Made by a program: the position numbers and the translations under genes
DNA from: the human T2T-CHM13v2.0 reference genome, Homo sapiens
DNA: 64,000 bases
Assembly (NCBI RefSeq): GCF_009914755.1
Contig: NC_060937.1
Reading direction: 5' to 3' (one strand)
Shown here: positions 24,394-38,344 of the stretch, in pieces
Numbering within the stretch: the first letter of the stretch is position 1
Layout: the number at the start of each line of letters is the position of its first letter
Notes under the pieces: model-generated
What the model was told of the DNA's origin: nothing
Databases searched by the model: none
What the model saw: the letters and a program-made list of their open reading frames with translations, nothing else

Positions 24394-24845
24394 TAGAAAT
24401 CTACTTTCTGTTCAGAGTAGTCAAGGGTTCTGGACTGTGGCCCCTTCCCTCCCTCAGAATTCAATGTGCCGCCCCTCCCAGTGAGCCTCCGGGAAGCCAA
24501 GAGCCGCCCAAAGGAGAGAGGAGGGACCGCTCGCCGTCCTCATTCCCTCTGAGCAGCACAGGGCAATGGATCCCCCTGCTAGGATCCTGTTCTGTGTGGG
24601 TCTGAGAAACACCGAGAGGAGACGCAGTGGCTTTGTGGCTCCTCCCAGGATGCTGCTGAAAGCCCACATGGGTCTGAGCAGAGCTGTGCTCCCCAAAGGG
24701 GAGCCCTCTTGGTGAGGGAACATTTTCAGGTGCTGCATGAACTACTAAGGTCCGATTAATGTGCATCCCAGAGTAAGCTTTCCTTGGAAAAGGGCCCTCG
24801 CAGCCCGTGGGTAAAATGCAGTCTCAGGAAACCCACCTCACTGAC

Positions 24846-24950
24846 CTTGTTTTGTGCATAGACCATAGTTCCATCAAATGGTGTTCTTTCGGACTGGAGA
24901 TCATTGGTGTTCAGTTTCTGAACCAACATTCCTCCTGAGGAGACGGTTAT
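24846..24950 (-). CDS. DHRS12: DHRS12 exon 7: ITVSSGGMLVQKLNTNDLQSERTPFDGTMVYAQNK (catalytic Ser and YxxxK)
   Basis: ttgcag| acceptor, AAG|gtcagt donor, 105 nt. Confidence 0.96.
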
Positions 24951-25014
24951 CTGCAATAAAGGTAACAGAGATTTACAAACTAAAGCCTGTGACCCCTTCC
25001 ACTCTTCACCCCCT

Positions 25015-27308
25015 GTAGAGCAGTGCTTCTTGCTGTTGTGACCAATGACCACAAAATTAGTGGCTTGAAGCAACACATTGTATTCTCCTACAGTATTCTC
25101 CTACAGTACATGTATTCTCCTACATGTATTCTCCTACAGTACATGTATTCTCCTACAGTATTCTCCTACATGTATTCTCCTACAGTATTCTCCTACAGTA
25201 TTCTCCTACATGTATTCTCCTACAGTATTCTCCTACATGTATTCTCCTACAGTATTCTCCTACATGTATTCTCCTACAGTATTCTCCTACATGTATTCTA
25301 CAGTATTCTCCTACATGTATTCTACAGTATTCTCCTACAGTATTCTCCTACATGTATTCTCCTACAGTACATGTATTCTCCTACAGTATTCTCCTACAGT
25401 ATTCTCCTACATGTATTCTCCTACAGTATTCTCCTACAGTATTCTCCTACATGTATTCTACAGTATTCTCCTACATGTATTCTCCTACATGTATTCTCCT
25501 ACAGTATTCTCCTACAGTATTCTCCTACATGTATTCTACAGTATTCTCCTACAGTATTCTCCTACATGTATTCTACAGTATTCTCCTACATGTATTCTAC
25601 AGTATTCTCCTACAGTATTCTCCTACATGTATTCTCCTACAGTACATGTATTCTCCTACAGTATTCTCCTACAGTATTCTCCTACATGTATTCTCCTACA
25701 GTATTCTCCTACAGTATTCTCCTACATGTATTCTACAGTATTCTCCTACATGTATTCTCCTACATGTATTCTCCTACAGTATTCTCCTACAGTATTCTCC
25801 TACATGTATTCTACAGTATTCTCCTACAGTATTCTCCTACATGTATTCTACAGTATTCTCCTACATGTATTCTACAGTATTCTCCTACAGTATTCTACTA
25901 CATGTATTCTCCTACAGTACATGTATTCTCCTACAGTATTCTCCTACAGTATTCTCCTACATGTATTCTCCTACAGTATTCTCCTACAGTATTCTCCTAC
26001 ATGTATTCTACAGTATTCTCCTACATGTATTCTCCTACATGTATTCTCCTACAGTATTCTCCTACAGTATTCTCCTACATGTATTCTACAGTATTCTCCT
26101 ACATGTATTCTCCTACATGTATTCTCCTACAGTATTCTCCTACAGTATTCTCCTACATGTATTCTACAGTATTCTCCTACAGTATTCTCCTACATGTATT
26201 CTACAGTATTCTCCTACATGTATTCTACAGTATTCTCCTACAGTATTCTCCTACATGTATTCTCCTACAGTACATGTATTCTCCTACAGTATTCTCCTAC
26301 AGTATTCTCCTACATGTATTCTCCTACAGTATTCTCCTACATGTATTCTACAGTATTCTCCTACATGTATTCTCCTACATGTATTCTCCTACAGTATTCT
26401 CCTACATGTATTCTACAGTATTCTCCTACAGTATTCTCCTACATGTATTCTACAGTATTCTCCTACATGTATTCTACAGTATTCTCCTACAGTATTCTCC
26501 TACATGTATTCTCCTACAGTACATGTATTCTCCTACAGTATTCTCCTACAGTATTCTCCTACAGTATTCTCCTACATGTATTCTACAGTATTCTCCTACA
26601 TGTATTCTACAGTATTCTCCTACATGTACTCTACAGTATTCTCCTACATGTATTCTACAGTATTCTCCTACAGTATTCTCCTACATGTATTCTACAGTAT
26701 TCTCCTACATGTATTCTCCTACATGTATTCTACAGTATTCTCCTACATGTATTCTACAGTATTCTCCTACATGTATTCTCCTACATGTATTCTACAGTAT
26801 TCTCCTACATGTATTCTACAGTATTCTCCTACATGTATTCTCCTACATGTATTCTACAGTATTCTCCTACATGTACTCTACAGTATTCTCCTACATGTAT
26901 TCTCCTATGGTTCTGGAGCCCAGAAGTCTGAGGTGGGGCTCATGGGCTAAAATCCAAGTGTCAGCGGAGCTGCGTCCCCTCTGCCGGTCTCAGAGGAGAC
27001 TCCATTCCTTGCCTTCAACTTCTAGAGGCTGGCAGCACTCCTTGGCTCACAGCCACGTCTCCACCCTCTGCTTCCATAGTCACTTCTCCTCTGACTCGCA
27101 CCCTCCTCCTTCCCTCCCATGAGGACCCTTGGGACTCCACCAAGCCCACCTGGATACTCCAGGACACGCTTCTCATCCCAAGGCCTTGAACTGAACTGCA
27201 GCTGCCAAGTCCCTTCTGCTATATAAAGGTGACATAGTCACAGGTTCTAGGATAAGGATATGAACTTTCGGGTCGGGGGTGGCACAGATCATTATTCTGC
27301 CCACCACA
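25015..27308 (-). mobile_element. MLT1 (ERVL-MaLR) LTR split by the VNTR
   Basis: 'gaccacaaaattagtggcttgaagcaacaca' before and 'ggttctggagcccagaagtc...ctgcccaccaca' after the array are contiguous parts of the MLT1 consensus as I recall it. Confidence 0.75.
25080..26907. repeat. Compound minisatellite/VNTR, ~1.8 kb: units TATTCTCCTACAG, TATTCTCCTACATG, TATTCTACAG, TACATG
   Basis: Read directly; almost no point substitutions. Confidence 0.98.
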
Positions 27309-27752
27309 GCAGAGAGAAGGCAGCCTACATTAACTGTCTTCTTCCTGCTTTCTCCAATTTATATTTCAACCCGCTGGGGGAGAACAGGCTCCAGTAGCCA
27401 GTCCCTTCCCCTCTGAGCAGGACAGTCCCCAGGAAGAGCAGCACCACCCTGACCTGAGCACCCCACAAGCCGCCCCTGCCCTTCGGAGGCCTCCCTCCCC
27501 AGTGCTTTGCCGACACCCACGTGACAGCCGGAGTGGGGGTCGGGGGTTGGGGGGGTTCAGAGAGGGCTGGGGTCTGAATGTGCTCTTGGCATGCCTCCAC
27601 TTCCCTCTCGGCCCCCTGACAGAATTGAGGTTTTGCTGTGGATGTGGACAGAATGGCCCCCTTAGGGCAGTCAGGCAGCAAACCTAGGCCCACTGACTTC
27701 CCATCAGGAGCAAAGTCCATTATCCTCAAAACATCCCATAAGGTCAACTCAC

Positions 27753-27814
27753 CACTCGGGGGTCGTGTTCTTTCTCCAGCACAGGGATCAGGCCGGTCGT
27801 GAGAATGTACACAC
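27753..27814 (-). CDS. DHRS12: DHRS12 exon 6: VYILTTGLIPVLEKEHDPRV
   Basis: cctcag| acceptor, |gtgagt donor, 62 nt, phases 1/0 fit. Confidence 0.94.
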
Positions 27815-30574
27815 CTGAGGCAGCACACAGCATCCCATGAGGGGGCTGCAGGAAGCCCCAACTCAAGGGGTCCTGCAGGACTGATGTGGGGACTGTCTGC
27901 CCGCACCCGCCCCCCACAAGAGGGCAAGTGGCCACCTGAGGGGCAGTCCCTCCTTCCGAGGATCCTTCAAGCCAAATGTTCCTTTTCCCAGGACTGGAAG
28001 AAAGATGCCTTAGAGCCTCATGTACCGACAGGAAAAGATGTCCACACTACAGGAATACAGGAAGGGAAAAAGAAAACTGCCAAACCGTAGATGGGTCCAC
28101 TTTGCAGAAGAAAAAATGCATCTATATGTCCAGTCTGTGCACAGAAAAATGTGAAGATGAAATTTAGCAATACCGCTAAATTAGGTCTCAAGGGTGGAAT
28201 TCAGTAAAATTTTTCCTTCCTTTGCTATACATTTCTGCACTGTTTGGATTTGAGTATTTTTACAATGAGCATATAACTTTATGGTTATTTCTTCAATCAA
28301 GAAATATACATATAACATTTCTAATGGAATGAGAAAAACACTGAAGTGTATGTGACATGGAAAGACATTCCTAATATATATGGAATGAGAAATTACAAAA
28401 CATTGGGAACACCACCATTCCATTTTGGTGAGGAAAGATGTGTCAAGATGAAGAGAAAATGTCTGCAAGGATGAGAGTGATGCCCTGAAAGGTTAAAAAT
28501 GCTCATCTCTGAATGGTGGGATTATTGTTTCTATATTCTTCTTATACATGCCTGTATTTTTTTAAACAATGAATGTTTATTACTCTGTGTTTACAAAAAA
28601 GGGAGAGTTTAAAGCCCCTTACCCCAAAGTGAGGCAGGAATCAAGTCAGGGGCTTAAAGTGGCGAGCCCTGGGCTCTTTCCTGGGCTATGCCATGGAGTC
28701 TCTGTGTGACCAGCTCTCACCACAGCTTCCTGCACCGCCCGCCATGTGGCCTGCATCCAGCTCGCAGGAGCTGCCTGGCATCGTGGGAAGGGTCCTGGAG
28801 GTGGATCCAGGGGCCTCCCTCTGAACCCTGGCTCTGGCACTTACCAGCGGTGTGACCGTAGGCAAGTGCGGTGGCATTTTCAGGAGATAATAGCTGGCCA
28901 GCCCACCTCACAGGATCAGAGGAGTTTGTGGTGAAATAAAAATGTGTGCATGTCCTGTGAGGACTGGAAAGTTCTCTGGGCAGGCCGCCTTTGTCCTGCT
29001 CTTGCTGTATTATCATTTGTGATTCTGAGTTGTGACTTTCATCCCAGACAGCATTCTTAGTTGTTCACAGCCCAATTTATTTGTAGGAGCCTGCCTTGTT
29101 CGTATTTGTGGATTTGTAAAGTCTCCTGAACCCTGGGTCGCTAACAGCTGTTAACCTCCAGCCAGTGGTCTTGGACTTTCTTTGTATTCACCGCCGGTGG
29201 CTTTCTCTGTGATTTATGACAAGTAGAAAGGACTTCTGCCAAAAGCGATCTGCCGCATCAGCTTGCCCTGACGGATTGTCATAAATGGCTCTTGTGAGGA
29301 AGGGAAATGAAAGCCAGCGGCTGGGCTGGCTCTGCTGCCTGCGAAGGGCACCTCCTCTCTCCTCTCAGGATGGCGAGAGCTGGGGTGAGCCCCTTTGCAC
29401 CTATCCTCCCTACCTGGGAGGTGCTCAGCTCTCATTCCCAGTCACCTGCAGGAGGGCTGGCTGGGTCGCTTGTCCCTGCCAAGTACTCTCTCCTCTAGGG
29501 GACTGCCAAGTAGCAGGTGCTTTTAAAAAAACTCCTAGAGAAACACAATAATAATCTGCTAAAATAATACACAATATATAAGTATGTATGTGCATACATA
29601 TGTGTGTACACATATATGTGGGTGTCTGTGTATATATATATATAAACTCTTATTGAAAGAATTAGAGTTATAGAATCCCAGAGAGGTTCAGTGACTTATC
29701 CAAAGTCCCAGCAAGTTCATACAATGTGGAAAACAGATGGCGCATCTCCCTTTTCTTGAGTCACGTAGCCATGCTGCATGCCAACCCATGCCAAGGAGAA
29801 GGAAGGTACCCATTCTGCAAGTCATTCTTTCCTCAGTGAACATGGCGCCAGTTGCTCCTTGCCCAGCTCACACAGATCCAAACAGGCCTGTCATTAACAC
29901 GTGAGCCAACATCACTCTCCTGCCCCCAAAGTCCTTCAACACTCTGGCCCCCATTGAATTAAGCAAAAAACTCCTCAGCCTGGTGCAGTAGACTTCTTTG
30001 GGAAACATGCCCCATTCCCTCTTTTTAGGGGTAGGCCCCAAACACATCCTGTTTATAACAACAACAAACAAAGCAAACAGTCTTTGCCCTGGGCCAGGTG
30101 CTGCATTTGTCCCATGTGCCCAGTCCACGGGCAGATGGACTGGGCCAGGGGGGTGACACCTGGTCCAAGCTGTCCCACCCAAACTCTCCCTAGAAGAGTG
30201 TGAAAATGGAATGCTGAATGGAGGACAGGTGACTCAGTGGCAGCCATATGTGACCCAGATGCAAGGAAAAGCAGAGACGGAGAGTGAACGAAGCAGTTGT
30301 GATGAGAGTCCATGGACAACAGTCCCAGAGAAGCAGAAGGTCACCTTAGCTGCTGACAGGTTCTCCTGTCCTGTCCCTGGCCCTCCCAAAGCCCAGCTGT
30401 GTCTCTGCCATTGAGTTCTGTGAGGGCTGCCCTTGTAGCCCACTAATAAATTATTTTTTTCTTTAGTCTTCCTGTGTGGGTTCTTGTTACTTCTGACCAC
30501 ACAAAACCTAAGACACTTGGCTTGTCTCAGTTAGGAAGTCCACCAGTTCTCCCGGGATAACCAGCTACCCTTTA

Positions 30575-30944
<370 letters not shown>

Positions 30945-32049
30945 TTAATGGGTGCTTTTAGTCATTCATATCTTCGTGTGAACCAGGTCAACAACTTCCT
31001 TTCCTCTAAGACTTCCTATTAATATCAGGGACATTTGGGTGATTCAAGGTTTTGATGAGAGAAAAAGAGAGATATTTTAGAGTACAGAATCCCACGGGAG
31101 GGCAGGCCTGGGAGGAGGGAAGGCACCTTCAGCTACTGGAAAAGTTGCCCAAGGTTAGTCCTGCTCCCAGTAACAAGGAAAATAATTCATTATCATTATG
31201 ACTCATTAGTATTTTAAATTTACACAATGCCTTTCTTCCAAGGAACTCATTATGTCGATGGCGGTTCATTACGAGAAAGAGATCTGGCAGTGGAATTTAT
31301 GTTGGACATAGTCTTCTAAATATGGCAACAAGAACTTTTATTACATGGGTACATGACTTGAAGCAAATCTCTCTATCAACTAATTGAGAGGTAAAACTGT
31401 GTGGAGCACAGGTGATGCTGAAGGAGAGATGCCGCGTGTTCTTAGAGCACTGCGAAACCCATGTCTGCATCCTCCAAATACTAAATTCATAGTATTTCTG
31501 AAATTATATATCTTGAGTATGACATTTTAATAGCATTAAAGGTAATTATTTTTAATGAGAAAAATATATTGCAATTTGTAAATTTAGCATAGGAAAACTG
31601 ATTGGCATTTCTATTAAGAAACCTTCAAAGCCACCTTGAATTAAAGCTACTTTGGTTACTAGCCAATGGGTTATGTGCTTCCATCCACGCTACTATCTGA
31701 CGGAGAAAACCATTGTCTTGCTGTCCCTGGGAAGTTTCTGGTGTTAATTTTAAAGGAGCAGACAGCTGCACTGGTGAACACCATTTGGTACTTCTTTTGT
31801 ACAGTAACAAAAACATAGTGAGCCTGGGGGGCTCACACACTAATCTCACACATTATATAAAGATGATTTCAAAGATTACATTACCTGGAGAAGACAGCAG
31901 GACAGAGTCCCAGAGGAAATGAGCTCTTAGAAGACATTCAAGGCACTGGCTTCCTATGGGGTATTCTTGGTTTGGGCTCAGAGAGTGGTTAGCGTGAGTC
32001 AGGCCTATCCCCTTTGCCCCCAACCTCAACTCATCCCCGCCACCTTATC

Positions 32050-33260
32050 CAGTTCCACGCACTGAACAAGTATTTATCAAGGGCCCACTGAGTGCCAGAC
32101 CCAGTGCTAAGTACTCAGGATACAGACTGAGGGCGCCCTGCCCTCTGCCAGGCATTCCCAGGCATTACACATGTTACTACGTGACTAACCTACACTCACG
32201 GTCGAGGTAAGTGCTAGAGTGCTATGGGCACATGGGGGTGGGACGGCGGGGGAGGTGTCAGGCTCTGCATGAACTGTGAAGGGACATTTCAGCTAAGACC
32301 TGGAGAAGAGGAGGGAACAGGCAGGTAGAGGGCTGGGGATGGGAAGAAGGGCTGCAGGTATGGAGCACAGCCTGTGCAAAGAGGCCCTGAGGCTGGAGAG
32401 TGCAACCAAGGCAGCTGCAACCGAGTGAGCATGGTAGAGGGTAGGGCAATGTGAGGCTGCAGCCTCCAAGGGCAACGCCAGAGACACGCACCTCATATGA
32501 AACCAAGGGGTGACTTTAAGCAGAAGGAAACAGATTTGCATGCATAAGGACCACTCTGTCAGCCTTATGGAGGAAGCCTCTGTTCGGGAGGTGGGTACAG
32601 GAGGGCACCTAGGGCCCCATATTACTCCACTACATCACAGTGACCGCAGTGGCTTGGGCAGAGTGGTCGCAGTGGAGCTGAAGAGCAGGAGACAGACTGG
32701 GGACACGTTGTGCAGAGAGTCCAAAGGCACGATCACTGCTTGGATATGAGAAGTGAGGGGGTGTCAAGGACAAGCGGTGACGGAGATGATGCTGGCCACT
32801 GGGGTGGGGCCCATTACAGGAGCAGACCGGTGAGGGACTAAGGCTTCAGTTTTGGACATGCTGAGTCTGAGGTGTTTGAGATCTGGACCTGGAACTCAGA
32901 AGAGAGATCTGGGCTGGAAGGGGGCCCTTGGGAGCCAGGCACATGATGGCATTGGGGCAAGGATGAGATCCCAACAGAGAGTGTGGGAGGAGAAAGGAGG
33001 GCACAGGATTGGTCTGGGAGGGATGCCAACATTTAAAGTCCCCGCAGACACGCTGCAGCTGGCTAAGGAGGTTGAGAAGGAGCCAACCTCCGAGGGTGGA
33101 ATCACAGGTGGCTTGGAGGCCATCGCGCTATGGGAGCACGGACAGCTGTGCCCAGTGCTGCCCATGGATGTGGTAGAGGTGCGCTCTCCAGAACCAGGAA
33201 TATCAGGGTCATAGGTGACCTCAGCATGAGAGTGGCCAAAGGTCAGGGAGATAAGCCGAC
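32050..33260 (-). mobile_element. L2 LINE relic
   Basis: 'ttggacatgctgagtctgaggtg...agagatctgggctgga' and 'caagtatttatcaagggcccact' resemble L2 3' region. Confidence 0.6.
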
Positions 33261-34239
33261 TGGAGTGAGCTGCAGGATGCCCGGGACTCGGGGACCATGA
33301 GAGGCTGGTGGAGGAAGTGCTGTGGAGGCTTTTCTCCAGGGCCTAGCCAGGTGACTGATGTCACCCCCTGCTGTCACAGCCGCAGTATGGGGGTCCTGTG
33401 TGCTTCACTGAGATGTATGAAAGAACCTGCTGTACTGCAGGGAGAACCCGAGTATGGGCACTTGGGCCTCAGCTCATTAAAAGGACAAAGGTGCTTATTT
33501 GGGATTGTGTTTCTAAAACTCCTCAAATGAATGTTTGTTACCAGCACACCTTTAAAACACTCACCAAATCCCAGCCAGGTAATTAGGTAAGGTCCTGGCC
33601 CACAGGAGGACTTGGATTTGGGGCCGGTGCTCCTAGGCCAGAAGACCTAGAAGGGCAGACACCACGGAGCCTGGCGAGGACTCTGCACCACCATGGAGCT
33701 GCCGAGAAGGAAGAGCGGCCCAGAGCGGGGTGCACGACGCGGCCCAGGAGGCTCAGTCTGGGAAGCTTTTGTGTCTCATCAAAAGCAGCTTCCATGGCTG
33801 GCAGAAAACCGAAAATCAATGGGAAAAATGATCTCTGACTTCTGAGCTTGTCCATTCTCTCTCCTTAGGACGGCTCCCCGGTACAGTTTAAACCAAGAGC
33901 CTCGCCTGGGGCCCTTCTAGTGGTCGAGGGGAAATGGGGTTCCTAGGAGCTCCAGACTCCACCAGCCTCCCCTGTGGCCTGAAATCTGCCCCCACCTCAA
34001 GCTGAGGACACAGTCTCTCCAACAGCAGCTCACTTGTTACTGAGGACGAGCACCAAGAAACAATCATAATGAATAATATGCTTCTTAGGATGAAACAGAC
34101 TCACTACATGCCAGACATTGAGCTGAAAGTTACAATGCTTTCTTTTTTCTTGTTGATATAATATATATATAATGTTTTAACATAAAGTAAAATCTGTGCA
34201 TGCGTGTGTGTGTGTACACAGTTCTGAACTGTGACAGAT

Positions 34240-34690
34240 GCAGTCATGTAACTACGCATTAGACTGTGGTGTGATTCGGAAGAACTCTATCACCCCAGAT
34301 GTTCCCTCACAGCCACTCACATTCCCTCTGTCGTCACACCCTCCTCCTGCCCCTAGCCACTCCCTAATCCCGCCCCTGCAGCCTCTGACCTCTTCTTAGC
34401 CCCCTAGGTTGCCTTTTCCAGAATGTCCTATAAATGGAATCACAGTCTGCACCCCTTGGGGTCTGGCTTCACTTTGGCTGGTGCATCTAAGAGTCACTCA
34501 CATTGTTTTGTACATTGACATTTTGTGCCTTTTTATTGCTGAATTGCATTCCATTGAATGGGAGTGCCAGTTTATCTATTCACCATATATCTGGGCTGAC
34601 TCCTGTTTGGGGCGATTATGAATAAGCTGCTATAAACATTCGTGTGCGTATTTTTGTGTGCACACAGGTTATTTCTCTTTGGTTAAATAT
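34240..34690 (-). mobile_element. Old L1 (L1M) 3' fragment
   Basis: 'ttgccttttccagaatgtcctataaatggaatcacag...attatgaataagctgctataaacatt'. Confidence 0.7.
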
Positions 34691-35631
34691 CTTACAAGTC
34701 TTTTTTAAATCTTCACTTCTGGCCTATAAAAGTATCATCATCCCCATTTTACAGAATGGGAAAGTAAGGCGTGGGGAGGTTGAGGACATTTGTACAGAGT
34801 CAGGTAACTGGAGGAACTGGACTACAACCCTGCTCAGTGCAGCCAGTGTGACTGAGCGCCTCCTGAGAGCCAGGTGGATTCTGCCCTCAAGGATCCATGC
34901 TCTGGGCAAGAAACCCACCCATCAGCAGGTGGCTTCTGCTGAGCCACAACAGGCACACAGAGGGGTCCATGGGAGCCCAGAGGGGAGCATCTGACCAGGC
35001 TCAGGGGAAGGAATGTGTCCAGCAGAGTCACAGAGGAGCAGTATGAGTTAGCCAGGTAGGGGACATTCCAGGCAGGGGAGCAGCAGGACAAAAGCATAGA
35101 GGTAGCACTGCCAGTGCCAAGTTCCAAAATAAGAGGCTGACTGCTACAGGGTCCATATAGGAAAATAATGGGAAATACATTTGGACAGGAGGTGGGGTCT
35201 GTAACAAAGGACTTTAATTCCAGGTTAAGGAATCTGGATGTTAAAACAACATTAGCTGCCATTTCTACAGTGCTACTTCCCAGGCTCTGTGCCTTTCTGG
35301 GAGCCTTGAAGGTTTGTGAGCTGGAAGGAGATATTAGGAACAAAACGATGCATGAGGATAGCTCAGGTAAAGGTTATTGATAAGTAAGAATGCCTGGCAC
35401 CAAACGCGTGCCCTGTCTAAGGAAGCATTCTGCCTTGGAAGCACTGTTCTCTGTTTTCCTCTGAGTCTCCATACCAAACTCCCTTCATGGATGAAAACAG
35501 AGTTTTACCACATGATTACTGAAATTATGTATGTGTCTAATTCCCCCACTAGGCCAGCAGTCCCTTCCATTTCTCAATCCCCATAACTGGCCACAGCATC
35601 TGGCATAAAATGGGCCCTTTATAAATGTTTA

Positions 35632-35937
<306 letters not shown>

Positions 35938-36054
35938 TTATGGAACAAATAAGGTGCCTTTGTTCGTTAGGTATTTTGATTAATAAATAGTTAACATATT
36001 AAATTCAGGTGACCCGTTTTCAAAGAATTGGAATGTAAAAAAAAAAACAAACCC

Positions 36055-36500
36055 TTGTGGCAGATTATTGTTCAATATTCATTCTCTCCTCGCCACCTCT
36101 GTGGGAGAAGTACACTTCTCTGATTCTTGATTTGGAGCTCTGTGAAATGATTTGCTTTGATTAATTGGATATCTGCTGATTTCTGGATTGGTTAACTGGA
36201 TATCATGTCCAGTTAATCAAAGGGGCTTGGATGCAAGCAGAGGCTTGGAATTGCTCGCACACCTGGGCCTCTGCCATTGCCCTGAGAATATACGTTGGCC
36301 AGAATATGCCTTGGTCCAAGGAGGATACAAGATATTTGGCACATACTCCATACCAAACCTGCAGCTTGGAGACACACAGCTGAGCCCAGCTGAGATCAGC
36401 CTGCTCAATAGATCTGCAGAAGAGTCAGCAAAAATGCATGCTTATCATTGTACACCCCTGAGATTTTGGAGTTGTTTCATAGCAATAGCTGATGATACAA
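36055..36500 (+). mobile_element. MLT1-type LTR
   Basis: Starts tgtggcagatt; ends 'ctgagattttggagttgtttcatagcaatagctgatgataca'. Confidence 0.65.
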
Positions 36501-38344
36501 CCCTACACTAAAAAATGCCCCAACCACAATTTTGTTGTCCTTTGTTTAGGAAGTGAGTCACAGACTGGTTTTAGACTACCTCTGAGCCTCAGTTTCCTCA
36601 TTTGTAAAATCTGTAAAATGGTTATGAGACTGAATGAGAGAATCCAAGAAAAGCCTTCAGTGCAGCCTGCAGCACAGGGACTGTGCTCAGTATGTGCTAT
36701 TGTTATGAAAGCATCTCTGGACCTGGGGTCCCTGTGTCGAACAGCAGCTCTCACTAGTTACTGGGATGTGCCCGAGGAGGGTGCCACGTAACAGAATGTC
36801 AAGCGACAACACTCTGTCTCACGACGTACATCCTTCCAAAGTGACCTAAGGTGAACTTCCTCGCCTCCTGCCAAAGAGCTAAGGCACCACTGCCTGTTTA
36901 TCACAGTCAATTAATTGGTGACGCAGCTGTCCTGGTGGAGATAGAATCAGTGTCCTCGTCTTGTGTCCTGCGGTGAGAGAGGCTAAGATGCGGGTGAGAG
37001 TTTTAATCTGCTAACGCTAGGCTGTGGCAGGCTGCCAGCAGGGCACTTAGCTCAGCCTCCCCGCCCTCCCTCTCCCATCTGTCTTCACTCCTCATGGACT
37101 CTTAATGCCACTGAATGCTAACAGGCAAAACGTATGTGACTGGAGGAGACCTGAAACAAAGGGGTGAGAACAGCCACCCAACAGAAGCTGTCTCCTGCAA
37201 TCTCTTCCCCTCCATGGCTCAACTGTGCATCAACTGACCCAGGGCAGCTCGCTTTTGTCCCTCAGTAGGATATGAAAATCTCTCCAGGCCCCACCCGCCC
37301 CCGCAAAAGGCTAAGAATTATTCTTTCCAAACTATCTAATTCATACACTGTGATGTCTCAACAAAGCCGTGTGTAGGCATGGGTGCTGAAGGCATTTTGC
37401 ATTTAACTATTCTACCAGCTTCAAAACCCTTAGGATCCAGTGATAAATCCTGCGAATGCTGAGGTTTACGCTCTCCTCAGAGTATCAGGAACCTACTGGT
37501 GTTTGGCTGGAGATTGCAAATGTTTCTGACAGCTCATGTGAATCTTAGAAAATAGAAAACAACCTATCCCACATTACATAATCAGGCCAGGAAAACATGT
37601 TTCATATTAGAAAGGCAGCCAGCAATTTTCCAGGACTCGGACAGGGGTCCAGGTTTTTTGTCTGGCCTGGTCCTGCTGAAGAATGACAGCACTTTAACCT
37701 CTCTGTATCTCCTTCTCTCTCAAGCAAAGACCCATGGAGCTGCCCCTCTGTGCTGGCATGCCTCTTTGTGTATTGTACTACTTCCTTCACTTGAGAGAGG
37801 ATGAATAAATATCAAAGCCCGAGAATTATTACGCTTCTCAGAGAGGTTGGAATAATCAGTAAGATGTTTCTAACACAAACAGGAAATGAAAAGGAAGAGA
37901 TAGCAAGGTCTTTAGAAGCAGGCTGGATCCTTACAAAGGTGCAACTTAACCAGCTAAATAATCAAATAGACAGCCCCTTTAGAGTCTATCAAGCCTGTCC
38001 ACATTCCCAAGCAAGGCCAAGGTCCCCAGATTACCCTCCTTTTCATCTTCCAAAACCTTTAAGCTTCTCTGAGAGGTGCCCCCAAACCCCAGCCCAGCCT
38101 TCCCTGGCATAGCTGGTCACCCCCTCCCAGTACTTCTTAGCACTTATTTAGGATAACACGGTGATGGGGTGAGGGAGGACATGCTGGGATGGGTGGAACT
38201 GTGCACTGGTAATGAGCGTGGGTCGTGGAGGAAGTCAGACCGAGGTTCACATTCTGGCTCCTTCACTTGACCTTGGGCAAGTGAAACAATCTCTCTCAAC
38301 CTCAGTTTCCTCATCTGTGATGTAGGACTACCTCCATTATAGCA

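Noticed and set aside
25080-26907. CRISPR-like array
   Set aside because: No unique spacers, eukaryotic context, no cas genes
25023-27122. 699/617/608-aa ORFs as a protein-coding gene
   Set aside because: They arise from stop-free tandem units inside an LTR relic, antisense within an intron; all three frames give the same peptide words
34834-35343. 169-aa intronic ORF
   Set aside because: No recognisable domain, low-information composition, intronic and next to repeat-derived sequence
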